A stretch of DNA of 64,000 nucleotides from Yuukianura sp. NJ FZ-2021. Taxonomy: Eukaryota. The notes under the pieces are model-generated. The model was not told where the DNA came from. It did no database searches and saw nothing but the letters and a program-made list of their open reading frames with translations. Every line of letters begins with the position of its first letter. Position 1 is the first letter of the stretch. The position numbers and the translations under genes were made by a program. Location: positions 7,006,001-7,070,000 of the forward strand of contig CM102285.1 in the NCBI GenBank assembly GCA_046563655.1, read 5' to 3'. This document shows, one piece after another, positions 23,593 to 37,143 of the stretch.

Positions 23593-26396
23593 TTTAGTAC
23601 ATCATGGAAAAGTGTCTGCACTTCGGTGCAGAACCACATTAAATCGCACATAGGTTCACCAACCCATAAAAAAAGTTGTCTCCTAGGCGACAATTTTACT
23701 GAAACGGCGTTAAGTTAGGCCAAGGGATTAACGCAACGAGGAGTGCATTTGGGCCCAAATTCCTATTCATTTCCAAATTATGGAGCAGATTCGTGACTCC
23801 TGTTCCGCTCCTACGTTGTGTATGTCTTCTCGAGCTAAACAGGGCTTTGGTTAATTTTTCATTATGGGTTGATCTCATCCAGAGATTGAAGCACATGGAA
23901 AGCTGTTTTGTGGAGGCGTGAATTTTAATAATGTGTCAAGAAATAATCACACTTTAACCACTTAGCATCAAAAGCAGAAATTAGAATTCGATTGGTAATC
24001 AACCCTCTATACTTCATATTATTTTGTGCAAATCAGTTAGGACGTTAAAAAAATCAAAGGGGTGTTTTTGAATATTCAAGTAAAGAAGTGTCGCTGAAAG
24101 TTTGAAAAGTTCTAAGTAATTATGAATGAGAACAATAGAAAAGTGAAGACTGTTAGAAAAGGTAAGTATCCTGTATCCTATGTGAAAGCAATTAATACAT
24201 TGAATTTCCAATGAAAGGTTCAAATTTCAAAATTGCAAAATTGACATTCCTTACTCTAAATTAATTGAAAGTTGTTTTTGTTTATACCTTATTAAAATTA
24301 AAAGCGGGGTTTATAATATTGAGTTAGTTTGTAGCAGAAAAAAGGAAAAATTCAAAACCCGAATTTTCAAAAATGGCAGAAAGGTTAAAAATGCTTGAGA
24401 AGATGAAATTCTATATTTGATGACACTGGAGGGCTTTTAGACTGTTGAAAGAGATTTTCAGAGGGATTTTTTTTGGATTTGAGTGGAAGTGAAGAGATGA
24501 CAGCGAAAATGGAAAGTAAAATGTTTTTTATTACACAGGAAAAGAAGTCTTATTAGCCTCCATGGCAGGAAACAAAATCATCTTCAAACTCCATTAAAAC
24601 ATCACTGACTCTTCAGTTTTCCTTTACAATTTAAGTAGGAATTACTCCATAACTGTTATATGTATTAAATGCGACAATTCAAAGTCATAGGTGCGAAAAG
24701 GTTAAGGTCGTCATTCGAACCAGTGTTTCACAAAGTCCAGCAAAAGTCGAGAATGAAAATACAATAGGTTTTCAGTTGCGCTTTGGCACAATACTTTGAT
24801 AACGATCTTTGCAGCCTCTTGTCCTTTTGCACCTCATGGCCAATTTTTCTAATTTTTCACTGCTTACCGCGCGTGCATTGAGATCGGGTGAAACTTTTCG
24901 CCGAATACGGAAGCAATCCTTGTTCCACTTCCACCGTATCGCTGAGCTATCGCGTGTTCTAAAAGTTACTTTCATCTTTCTTTGCACTCGACTCATAAGA
25001 TCTGAAAAGTAAATGGTGGGAGATGAGAAATGTGATCGAGAGGTTACACAGTGAGAAAAATGATTAAACGAACTGTTGGAACCACCAATATGTCGCATCA
25101 CAATCAAAGTTCGCTCTGAGTACTACACAGATTTTGCAGCACAGATTCTTTAAATTTTACTCGTTAATGTGTCAAACGTAGATATATTGTTAAGTTTGCG
25201 TTACCAGATAATACAAAATGTTTAGGGCAGATTTGACAACTATCTTTGTCCTCACTCCGAACAATTTTAGTTCGTCCGCGTGGAGGTATATTGTAGCGAA
25301 GAATCACCCAGAAAAAACTCGATATTAATATACGCTATTAAGATTTTAGAAAATTTGAGCAAAAAAGGGCTGATCTTTTCTTATTGAAAAGAAATCTCAA
25401 TATTGAAGCGAAAGTGTTAATATTTAATCCGTGAAGGCGACAGAATAAAAGAATCCCATTAAAGTAAAGGTGTTGGTTATACCATTAGGTCGCACGTTGC
25501 GTGGTCTTTTCCCTAAACGCTTTTAAGCAATCCCTTCTCAATATTAATCAGAATTTATTATGGGAAAAGATTTTCTCATAAAACCTACACTTAAATTTGT
25601 AATCTCACGAATGGCACCGCATCACGAGCAAAATTTTTATCATTATATTTTAAATTAAATTACAGTAACTTTAATTGTAACTTAAGTTAACGTTGCTTTC
25701 TATTGCTTATTTTAATATTACACATGCTCGCGCTAAATATAAATAGTTTTCATTACTTCATTTTATTTTAAATTAGAAGAGTGCAAAAGCCGTTTCTTTT
25801 TTGACGTCAATTAGTTGGGCACTTGAGTTCTTTTTTCATTTCCTGCTGAGAGTCCCATTCTCCGTCGGCTTAATTTTCTTTCCTTGTGCCAATCTGATTC
25901 TTTTCTTCTAAAGATGTTTCGGACTTTCTCTCAAAAGCTGCTTTCCTTATGTTATCCTAACGTTGTGTTAAGGTTAGGGTAGGCTGCACTTTTTTGCGTG
26001 TCTCTTTCCATTCCTTATTTCTTTTTGCAGGATTAGATCTTATGGGTGCTTTTTTTTAGCTTAGAGGAATGAACGCGCATTGTGCTTTTGTTGGGTTAGG
26101 TTCAAAAGGAAATAAAACCAAAAAGGAATTTAGTGCGCCTCATCCCATTCAAGCTTAGAGCTGAAATTGGGATTTAGTCGAATGTTGAATACCCTCTGAC
26201 CCTGCAATTAGTTCAGTCTACCTAGGCGGATGGAATCGATGTTCAGTGAAAGAACTAGATTTCCAGACATGTCGAAATTTTGTTTTTAAAAAAAAAATAA
26301 TTCTTTTTGTTTGATTGAATTCTGAAAAGTTACTGTAGAATCACAGGTCTTATGATCAAGTTAGTTTTCACAAAAATATTTTGCTCCGGTTTTATA

Positions 26397-27061
26397 TTAC
26401 ACCTTTGGCAAAACACTTTCGCGGAATGTGACCTTGAGGTCAGCTGCATAGCCTTGACCTTTCTTTGATGTGTGTGATGAAGCTTGATCATGGTGAACAA
26501 TGACCTTGTTGACCTCGTTTCCGTAAATTTCAGGCACGTACACACCCACCAAAGGCTTCAGAATGTGCTCAATGTAGAGTTCAGCGTTGACCTTGACCTT
26601 TGCGGGGGCTTTGATGAGGGGTAATACGCCCTTCCCGCACATTGCTCAAACTTTTTCTCAAAACTTTTTTTCCTATGGAAATCCAGCTGTGAGGTCTCTT
26701 GCTCTTTTCGGGCAAAATTGCGGTTTGCGACGAATGACAGCACTATTTTTGCCGGTTTCTTGAATTTTACCTTTTCAATTAACTATATTAACGATTGGAG
26801 ACGCGTTGACACTGTGACCTTTGACCCTGCGCCTTTTTTGAACTACTTTGAGCCTTAAACCTTCACTGGAAACTGTTTTTTGATGGTGTTAATTTCGAAA
26901 CTCAATATCTTTGGCATTTTTCTGCCGATTTGTATGAATTCGCGCCACATATTCCCAACAATATTATGAATAAGTGGTTAAAATTTTAAGACTCTAGAAA
27001 TTACAGGACAATAGCAATTAGACTTCAAAGTTGTCCAAATAAAGCTGCCCCACCCTCTGTA
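26397..27061 (-). pseudogene. Tc1/mariner transposase remnant with 5' TIR
   Basis: KVNAELYIEHILKPLV...VIVHHDQASSHTSK matches the region around the second catalytic Asp. The minus strand begins TA-cagagggtgggg at 27061. Confidence 0.7.
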
Positions 27062-28173
27062 CTGCTACTCATTTTTCAAATACACAGATTGGCAGCACGG
27101 AGAAGTGAAAGTTGCAAATGAACCAGGTTTTCATCTCCACGCATTTCCAGCATCACAAAAATTTGAATTTTTCATTTCTCAACCTATCCAGCGTGGGGTG
27201 AATTTTTTTGTCAAAACTGTGAATTGTAAATTGCAGAGATGTTTGTACTGGCTCTGCGCCTAGAAAAGTGGTGCTCCCCTCAACAGAGATATTCTAGCAG
27301 TATGTGACACACTACGTTGTGAGTTAGAAATTGAAGCTGACCAACTGCTGTCCGTCAAATGCTTTAAAGATGACTACGAATTTTTCAGCTACTCTCCCAA
27401 CAGAGCACTCCACACTCCACACCCAACGTGACCAACTCCCAAGAGTATTCGTCCAGGTAGAACTAACTTAACATAACTCCACGGTCATTCCTCTTAGCTT
27501 TCGGTTTCCTTAGCTTGACCTGACGTTGTCTTCCAGAACAATGCCACATAATGAATAGAATAACTCTTACTACTCTGACGCCCCAGGTCGACTTATCAAT
27601 ATTTAGCCGACCGTGGTAGGCCCTCCCGGCAAAAAAATTCAAAAGTTACTGCATTTTGTACTTATGAAGCGAGAGTAAGGAGTGTCGTAGGAATTGTTGC
27701 AAATCCTACCTCACTCCTTTCTCTTGCTCTTGGCTCTCCATAGAGAACTTTCTTGTGGTAGCCAAATCCCTACCTATGCAGAGTTCCGCCCCTCGAGCGT
27801 AGAGTGACGTATGTGACAAATCTACGGATCCTCGAGGGGTGCGCTAAAGTTACTGCAGTGGCTCTTCTTTTAGTTTAATTAAAGTTAATTACGAAAGTAG
27901 CAATTCACTTAACTAATCTAAGTCCGTTCATTGTTAGTTTAGTTACTGCTTCAGTTTTTGTGACGTTGAACGGGCATGTCAGGTCATTCTAATCATCCCT
28001 ACGTTCATGTGGAGGGTCGTTCGATTTGTATTAGGTATATTGTGACCTTTATTTGTCAATAAAGGTCAATTTGTTGAGGTGGAATGACTATTCAATTAGA
28101 TTTGTATCTAGTAGGTTTCCGAAGGTCATTACATCCGTATCACTGGAGGTAATTTTCGTTATATTGTCATAGG

Positions 28174-28569
28174 CAGTGTTACTTTTTTGACATTTCATCC
28201 ACGGCTGGATATCCAGTGGAAGAAATGGACGAAATGGATGAATCCAAAAGGGTGGAGCTAGACCGAAAAGGGTGGAGCTACACCAGCGGTTTTTGAATTG
28301 TTTTAAACTTAACGAATAGAATAAATTCAAATAAGCGCCGAAAAAAACGGAAAATTGTGTTGAAATATATTTAATTTAATGTAATTAAATAATTGATATT
28401 TAATTACATTATTTTATAACATAATGTAAATTTATTTGAAATTTGCGCTTATTTTCTAAACTCAGCTGATTTCTTCCATCCACCGTCCAGTAGGACCCCA
28501 TTTCATCCACTGGATATCCAGTGGAAGTGGCAATTAAGCCACTGGACGTTTAAGCATCCAGCAACACTG
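28174..28569. mobile_element. hAT-type MITE (same family as 10994-11381)
   Basis: cagtgtt / aacactg termini; exact 8-bp TSD gtcatagg at 28166-28173 and 28570-28577; shared internal catttcatccacggctggatatccagtgg. Confidence 0.88.
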
Positions 28570-30311
28570 GTCATAGGGCACTATGTAGGCTCAATTAAGT
28601 GACTCTATTTGTAAGGAAGCATGACAGGGTCACTGGGTTCGTGTTCCTAACCACTGTCAACCGAATAGTAATGAATATGGCAATTGTTGAATGATTAGTG
28701 GTTATAGTAATCATTGTCAGTGGCTATATTGTCATAAACATGATGACGCAGCTGATCTCTGTTTTGTTTTAAAACTGAAATGTTTTGGCGCTGCGGAGAC
28801 TGCGTACTCCGCTCCAACCCCTCCACCTCACCTACCTGAGAGAAAAGTTCCTCAAATCTACCACAATGAGAGAAAGCCTTTGATAGTACCACATTCTGAG
28901 TGCGGTAAGCGATTCGGGTAAAGTTAGGCTATGCCAAACTTAGGCTAACCTATGTTGATAAGTAAGCTTCCAGTCTGATAGGAACTACAAATGTGATGCT
29001 TCGCAGGAACGTAATTCCTACCGCACCTTATCCAAAAATGGCAATCTCACAATCGTTGGTATGTGATTTTACATCATAGAAGTAAAAGATAGTCGTAACT
29101 TCCAAGCAATTTATTATTTCCGGTTGTAAACCTTGTGTTATGTTAATAATTTGAACCCTAAATCAGAGCAACCTTGTTTTAAAAGGCTTTTAAACATGTG
29201 GGTTTAAACGTACGGTTATAACAAGTCGTATGTCTTATTTTCAGCAAACCACGGGAAATTTGCTGCAACAATAGCGCTAGATTTTAAAAAAAAAATTAAC
29301 GACAAAATAATTTCTCAACGAATACTTTTTAGTAAGAAGTGATCGAGCAGGTCAAAGGGAGTTTCCCAATACTGAGAGATATATTTCTGGAACAAGGGAG
29401 TAGTGCCGGAAATAAGAGGGACACCCTCTGCCACTCCGTCAGAAGCAAGGGGTGGGACAGAGGGGGGGGGGGTGGGGGCAATCGGCTTTTTTCCGCTTCG
29501 ACCCGCTTTGGATTTGCTTCAAAAATTTTGTTTGAAAAATGCCAAATGTCCAGTCTAGTTAAAAGAAAAAGACGAAAAATTGTCCTGAGAACCCTATGTC
29601 CTTAAGGACGTGTGTTAGTCGTCTAATAAACAATACTCGTTAAATTTAGTAACCACGATAACCTAACTTCCGCCGTTAGTAAAAGTTGCAGACATCGACA
29701 AAACGAAGGTGAGTGAGTGGTAGAAAACGATCAGTTAATGACGAATTTACACATTCCCATGCCGTTCTTCTTTCTGTTGTGATTTCTGCTTTCCTTTCCG
29801 ATTTTTCGGTTTATAGTTGCCTTTCTGGTGACAACAGAATTCCTCACATCCTTCTGATGTGAAACAATCAGGAAACGGAATTGCATTTATAACATTTTGT
29901 TCCTATGCCATTTCTTTTTACTTTCCTTCATTCTCGGTTGAACTCGGTTCAACTTTTCGAAGGAAGGTAGAGGGGAAAAGATTTAAATAATAATCTCCGT
30001 GTGTTGCTCAGGGGATGAGCTATTTTCCTAAATCAACGGTTTACACTTTCTCTGCAGAATTCAGCAAAGAAAGAAGAATGGCGTTGGAAAAAATTCCTCC
30101 CTGTTGAATTTTGGCAGCAAGTATAAATGAAACACTGAACGTAAAGGTAACGGCATGGGAACGTTCACGGCATGGTAACAGAATGTCTAAATTCGGCATA
30201 AAGATGATAAAAAAGTACAAACTTTCAAAAAAAACAAAATACGTACTCAAGTTCTGTTGCCGTCGTTTGTGTTTTGTAAACAACTTTTTTTAGACTGCGA
30301 CATCGCCAATG

Positions 30312-30571
30312 GAAAATGGTCTTGTTCAGCGTAGGAAGGCCGTACAGTGACCCACAATGTATCAAATTTTAGAGAAGGCGTGATCTAGCATCACACAAAA
30401 CGGAACTACAAATTTTTAATTTTAACTTTGAAAAAATCGGGGACGAACGTTTGGGTCTATTTTTCTAAAGGTTAGAATTAAAATTTTGAAATTCCGTCTT
30501 GTGTGATACTAGATCAAGTCTTTCCCTAAAGTTTGATATATTATGGGTCACTCGCTGAACCAGACCATTTT
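30312..30571. repeat. Diverged palindrome (family shared with 49213-49454)
   Basis: ~110-bp imperfect inverted arms: aaaatggtc..gtgacccacaatgtatcaaa / tttgatatattatgggtcac..gaccatttt. Confidence 0.7.
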
Positions 30572-31887
30572 TCAATTCATGAGTCACTGCGGAATTTTGC
30601 CCCCCAGTTTCCAGGGTATTCGCAAGCCTTAAATTCGAATAATTTTTGGTTGGAAATTCCAATTGTGGAAATAAACAAAAAGTTGCGTAGGTTTTGTTTT
30701 TTGTGATTGTCTCAATTTTCCAAAAGAAAAAAAAAAGCTGTAGATGGACAGAAAGATATTTCTGTGTTGTATAATTTATAGCAGGAAGAAGACAGGAGGC
30801 CGCGACGCGTTTTGAACCGTGGAGTAGCCGAGTACTTCTTCCTTGTTTTGAAACCCAAGAATTTTTGTTCTGAATCAAAATTTTGAATAAAAATACTGCC
30901 CCGCTATTTCTTCCACTTCCTCCAGAGAAACTGGATATCTCGGCATATACCAGTATTGAGTCCATGTTCTTTTGTCCGAAGGGGAAGCCGAGATTTGAAG
31001 AAAGAAGAAAAATGAGGCCATAAATCTTAGTGACCGTGTCGACATGAATATTAACCTCAGCATGGCGAACCATTTACCATGTTGTCATTGCCGTCATGTT
31101 ACAAATGTTGTCGGCAAACACCCCGCGGAGAGTATAAAAACATTCACAACATATGGCCATGGAGTCAAAAATCAGTTCAAGCATCCATTTCATTTTTCTC
31201 CTGCCGGAATGCCCCCAAAAACTGCCCACTCTTGGATTTTCCCCCGTATTTTGGATTTTAGCTTTTATGCTGTTTTTACACAAAATGTTTTCCCTGTCGG
31301 ACCTTAAAAAAATGCAGAAATACAATACAAGTAAACATCATACGAGATTCATGAATTATTTAGCGATTTGACTAAATTGAAAACTTGATCATAACTTAAA
31401 GAAGACAAGGCGTGGATTTTAGTATTCGTTAAATATGAGCACACGAACAGTTGCAACCCGAAAAAGCCACCACAATTAAGAATGTAGATTTGTGGAATTG
31501 AAATTGCAAACATCAGTGGTGCCTGCACGACTCATGCGTCAAATTCCACTTTGCTCTCTGATTTCCTACTCGTGCCATGTAAACAACTGAATTGTTTCCT
31601 CAGTTGGGTAGGGCTTACATAATGCGGCTAATGTACCCAACCCATATAGTCTATAAAAAAAATTCATTTGGATTGGTGAAATGCATCTGGTGAAAGCTGG
31701 ACTTACCTACGTATAGTGGATGGTAAGCGGGAGGCGGCACGGTTTCTCTGATGAGATGATTTGATTTACGATCTCGCTTCCGCACTTTCACCTAAACCAG
31801 TGCACCAACGGTGAAACGACTTCGGCTACCCACGGTCAGAGAAGCTCTTTCACGGAAGGTAATAAAGTAGACGGAGGAGTAAGAAAG

Positions 31888-32217
31888 TAGCTTGTTTCAA
31901 ATAAAAGATTATAATCCTCCGCGGATTAACCCGGCTTGGATTATAATCGATTAATTTGAGTGTATCCGATTTTTTCGGACGATTGTCAGCTGATGTGGAA
32001 TGGCGGGAATTGAAAATTTCAAAAATAACAACAGTGGGTGGTGATGGTCGGGTGGAGGGAGCAGATTAATCCAAGAGAATCGTGGTTTTTGTGGATTCTT
32101 TTTTGGCCGATTATAATCCAAAAAGTGGCGCACAGCGCCTGCGCACCACCTCAGATTAATCTGACTTGGCAGATTAATCTGAAAAGCGATTATAATCGCT
32201 TTATTTGAAACAAGCTA
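31888..32217. mobile_element. MITE with TAG..CTA termini and gattataatc/gattaatc subterminal palindromes
   Basis: 18-bp TIR tagcttgtttcaaataaa / tttatttgaaacaagcta; no TSD seen. Confidence 0.7.
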
Positions 32218-33339
32218 GTGTTATTTTTCCCGTTGGATTCTGTTGGCTCTCTGTATACTTTCAAGGCAAACACAAGGGTAATCCAATCCATCTCCCCAAA
32301 TGTAAAGACAAGGCACTTGAACCCTTCGTTTTGAGATATTGCCGAAAGCGATTGAATCAAATGAGCAAAGTGTCGTTTCATCTTCAAACTTTTTACTAAT
32401 GTAAATAAATTTTAACCGTAGACCCAAACGCCGCTAACGCAAAATTAACTTAATCACATTAAAAAGGAGACATATTTGACTGATTAGAAAAATTCACCAG
32501 CTTTTTAGTCTCATCTCCACGTACGTTTTCTCTAACTCCCTCAATTCAAAAATATATTTTTATTTTTATTATGGAGTACATAGCTGTAAGCTGGTCCTTT
32601 CTGGCTCGAAATCCATGAGCTTGAACTGGGTACATTTCGAAGTATTGAAATATTTTTGTTGAGAAAATGTTTTTGCGGTACCTTTTCTTCTCAGAGAAAA
32701 CAATTCAAACACGAGAAAGTAGTAGGAAAGGTTTCAAAAGAGGTTTTCAAAGAGGAAGATGTAAAAAAAAGTTTAAGCTTTCTCATTTACTATTTTCGTT
32801 TCTTTATGACGGAAAGGGATATTCTTCAAAAGTGAAATGTGGAGATCGAAAATATCCAAAAACTTACTTTTGGCTTTTGGTGGCGGGTCTATGCAAACTG
32901 TCGACGTTCTGTGTTTCATGACTTTGGAGTTTTTATGGCGAGCTCACACTAAAATAGCAGCGACGCGAGAAGAAGTGGGTATTGGTGAGAAGGCTGAGCG
33001 GAAACTGTGATGATTGATGAGATGAGACAGATGATAAACATTCTCCTGGACCACAGGAATTGGACATGAAAGTTTTAAGAGAGGTTTGCAGGTGTGAATG
33101 GCCTTTGGCCAAATGGTTTATATCGACACGTCATCTCCTCTTTGGAATCTCAAAAATATATTCTTGAAAAAATTGAAAAGTTATAACTTTTCAATTTTTT
33201 AAATTCCAAACAGCACAAAGCGTATTTAATCAATAAGCATCTCAAGCGCAAGCTGCCAACTATTGAGTCGATATATTTCTACTTTAGCGTGTGACAAATA
33301 TTATTAATATTTAATATAGGATATGGGTCAAACCCCAAT

Positions 33340-33885
33340 TAAAGTGCCACAGTGGTATTTCAGTGAATTTTTACCAGTTGTTTAGGTCAATATTAGCGTC
33401 ATATTTGCAAATTTTCAGCCCCGCAGAGAAGATAGGTCAAGGGTTACAGGGGTCAGACGTCACCTTGCCATCCTATTACCACCCCATGCGAGTATATATA
33501 TATCGTTGAAACAGGCTTGACCCGGAAATTCAGAAAATGTATATACGTCGATATATATCACGTAAGACAACGAAGTTATGACGCCAAACGTAAAAATTTG
33601 AATTCTCAATAACCCCCTTTCGAATTTCACATTCTTGGACATTAGGCGCCATAACTTTGTCGTTTTATATCATAGATATCAACATATACCCCTTTCCCGA
33701 ATCAGCATGTCAAGCACGTTCTAATATATGATAATCGCATAGGGTAGTGATAGGATGTGGCCTTGGGGACCCCCCGCAACCCTTGACCTATTGTTTCTGG
33801 GGAGCTGCAAATTTGCAAATATGATGCTAATATCTACCTGAACAACGGGTAAAAATTTCATTGAAATATTACTATGCATTTTCGA
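33340..33885. repeat. Old inverted-repeat element
   Basis: ~100-bp imperfect arms: tagcgtcatatttgcaaattttcagc..ataggtcaagggtt / aacccttgacctat..gctgcaaatttgcaaatatgatgcta. Confidence 0.65.
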
Positions 33886-34246
33886 AGGGTTTTGGCAATA
33901 CCCTTTGTGTAATTTAGTGTGAACTTTCTAGAACCAAAGAATTTAACCATATTTCTCGCATATTATATTCATGAAGTACAGCCCATTTTTTGTTTTTACA
34001 GGCTTTCGTTCGTACAAAACAAAGAACTAAACAGGGACGACACATATGACATCATTACCCATTTACTACAAGAAAGAACGTCTTATCCCGAAGGAAAGTT
34101 TACTTTCCCCAGTAGAGAAAACTGCAAATTTTGCTATAATTCTGAAACAAAAGTTTTGAAACGATGACTTTTTCAAATCGATGTCTCCATGGGAGGAACA
34201 AACCGAGAGAGCATGAGGGCAAAAGTTTTGTAACATTGCACATTTA

Positions 34247-35892
34247 AATAAACCGGTTGTAAACCGCGCATAACGAAATAGCTCAAGCCAGAAGGCGGTT
34301 TCCCCCCAGGTGGGGAATGTGGGGTTACCCCCGGGGCGTGGGGATGGCTTCCCCCACTTTTTTGCTCCGCACCCCATGGGGGCGTTGGCGTGTGTTCCCC
34401 CCGCTTATTTGCTCCGCACCCCAGGGGGCGTAGGGATGGGTTCCCCTTACTTTTAGCTCCGCACCCCAGGAGGCGTTGGGATGTGTTCCCCGGGGGAGAG
34501 GGAGTGGGTTCCCCGGGGGAGGGGCGTGGGCTCCCCCAGTGGTGTGAGTCACCCGGGGTGTGTGACAGTGGGTCACCCGGGGGTGACAGTGGGTCACTCG
34601 TGGTGACGGTGGATCACCCGGCGCTGTGGGGTGGGTTCCTTCCGCTTCCCAGCTAGCAGGACGTTAATATGAAAAAACAAGGTAGGGCGATGCTCAAGGG
34701 TTGAGCATAGGTCTTCTGGAGGGAGTTGACAATTGATACGATATTTAGACTGGCCTACCGCAAAACTGTGGACAAACTGAAAAACAGTTTTCATGGAGGT
34801 GAAGCTCTAAAACGTCGCTGAAAATTTTCAGTGGGAATATGAGATCCTATATTTTGTGCATGAGTTGCACCAAATTTGTCTTAGGCAAATCTTACCGTTT
34901 AATTGAACCAAAATCATGTTAAAGTTTTGAGGCCGAAAACATCTGCACTGATTTGATATTGTTAATTTGTTGTGCACCAAATGCACAAAATTGAACGTTT
35001 AGGAGAAGGGTCGAATATCGTTCTTGATTGATATTGTTAATTTATTGAAGATTCACATAATGTATTGTCGATGTTGTCATAGCAATGCTCAAGGTAGTTC
35101 TCAAACCTGCAAACCTGCACAAACCTTCAATTGTGTGCATCATGCACAAAATTGTTCGTTGTGGGGTAGGAGTCAAATATCGTTTCTTTAAAATCAAAAT
35201 TATAAAAATTTCTTGCAAAAGCAAATTTGAACCCGGCCATGCACTGTTTACATGTTACGAATTTAAGCCGGAATTTCTACCCCCTGACAAGGTTTAATTT
35301 AACAACGTAATTAAACATACTGCCAGAATATGACCAGATCAAAACTCCGTTGTTTATAAATGCTTTGAGTGCAATCGAAACCAAAACAGTTTTGCGAAGC
35401 CACGATACTGCGGGTACGTAAAGTAGCCCCCCACTTCTACGTTGTTAATGTACGACTTTGAGTGCAATGTAGACCTACTGAAAACTCTTGAGCCATACAT
35501 AACCCCCCGTCAATAATGGGGCTAATGTTTCAGTGGAAAGGGTACTAAAAAACGTTACAGACGGACGGACGGACAAAGTCGTATCAATAGTCTTCTTCAG
35601 CACGTCGTAGACGTGCGTCTCCAGAAGACTAAAAGTTGACCTTTGACCCGGAACTAGGTCACTTGGAGTCATGTGATGTAAACAAAAGTTGTTGGTCTCG
35701 ACGAGATGAGCAACTTTTGTAGAGGTCATTTTGCGGGTTACCGTGGATAAAACCGGTTGACCTTGACCTTTGACCCGGAAGGAGTTGACCTACCAGGATA
35801 ATATTCAATAGTGACCAGGTTGGGGTCATGAGGTGTTGATAGGAGAAAACCGGAATCAAATCCGTCCAGTAGTTTCTGAGATAATTGAGGTG

Positions 35893-35926
<34 letters not shown>

Positions 35927-36120
35927 AAGACATGAATCAAATTATTAAATAGCTTTCGCTATTTAATAATATTCAATAGTGACCAGGTTGGGGTCATGAC
36001 GTGTTGATAGGAGAAAACCGGAATCAAATCCGTCCAGTAGTTTCTGAGATAATTGAGGTGGACAGACAGACAGACAGACAGACAGACATGAATCAGATTA
36101 TTAAATAGCTTTCGCTATTT
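34247..36120 (-). mobile_element. HINE family A copy 2, with nested family B and a duplicated end
   Basis: Starts aataaaccggttgtaaaccg; shares the core ttgacctttgacccgga..aacttttgtagaggtcattt and (GACA)n with copy 1. The last ~160 bp is duplicated in tandem (35803-35966 / 35967-36121). Confidence 0.8.
34678..35631 (-). mobile_element. HINE family B copy 2, nested in the A-run of family A
   Basis: Reverse complement of the 22170-23592 termini. It interrupts gacgttaat..aaaaaa|aaaagttgacc, which is continuous at 8836-8860. Confidence 0.82.
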
Positions 36121-37075
36121 AATAAACCGGTTGTAAACCGCCCATAATGATAATAGCGAAGCAATAGGCCCCCCGACGGGGGTTTGTTCCCCCCACTTTC
36201 CCGCCTCCCCCCCCGGGGGAGTGGGGGCGTGTTTCCCCCACTTTCCCGCCCCCCCGGGGAGTAGGAGTGTGTTCCCCCACTCTCCCGCCCCCCCCAGGGG
36301 GTGTTGACAGGTGAGACGTGACAGCTGAGGCGTGACAGGTGGCAGGTGAGACGTGACAGCTGAGGCGTGACAGGTGACAGGTGAGACGTGACAGCTGAGG
36401 CATGACAGGTGAGACGTGACAGCTGAGACGTGACAGGGGACAGGTGACACCCGGCAACTGAGAGGTGACAGGTGACACCCGGCAGGTGACAGGTGACAGG
36501 TGAGACGTGACAGCTGAGGCGTGACAGGTGACAGGTGAGACGTGACAGCTGAGACGTGACAGGTGACAGGTGACACCCGGCAACTGAGAGGTGACAGGTG
36601 ACACCCGGCAGCTGACAGGTGACAGGTGACACCCGGCAGGTGACAGGTGACACCCGGTGGACACAGTGCATGAGTGTGTGAAGTGTATCTGTCAACTGCG
36701 TAATAGATTTTTTGCTAAGCAGAGAATCAAGTCCCATGCCAATTGCCTTTCGAGTCTCACAAGCAGAGTTTTTGTACCCACACTTGCATTACAAATGACC
36801 TTTGAAATCAATTTTGACCCGGAAGGAGGTGACCTAGGGTCACACATTAAACACAAAAGTTGTTCCACTCGATGAGATGAACAACTTTTGTAGAGGTCAT
36901 TTTCCCGGTTACCGGGGATAAAACCGGTTGACCTTGACCTTAGACCCGGAAGGAGTTGACACCCGGGGGTCATATTCAATAGTGACCTAGTCCGGGTCAT
37001 GACATGGTCACTGGTGAAAACCGGAATCAAATCGGACCAGTAGTTTCTGAGATAATTAATCTGGACAGACAGACG

Positions 37076-37110
<35 letters not shown>

Positions 37111-37143
37111 CACTTTTATCATAATAGCTTCGCTATTATAATA
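36121..37143 (-). mobile_element. HINE family A copy 3, head-to-tail with copy 2
   Basis: subTIRs aatagcgaag / cttcgctatt, hairpin cggttgtaaaccg, central (gtgacag)-based tandem array at 36303-36660, (GACA)n. Confidence 0.82.

Noticed and set aside
27303..28133. Possible solo LTR (TGT..ACA with AATAAA at ~28058)
   Set aside because: No TSD, no second copy, no PBS or PPT support.
30465..31073. 202-aa ORF (and the 151-aa ORF at 12175-12630)
   Set aside because: No recognisable motifs or exon structure and non-ATG starts; the first overlaps a palindromic repeat.
36093..36737. Cys/His-rich ORFs resembling metal-binding proteins
   Set aside because: Produced by the gtgacag tandem array, which is open in all three frames.
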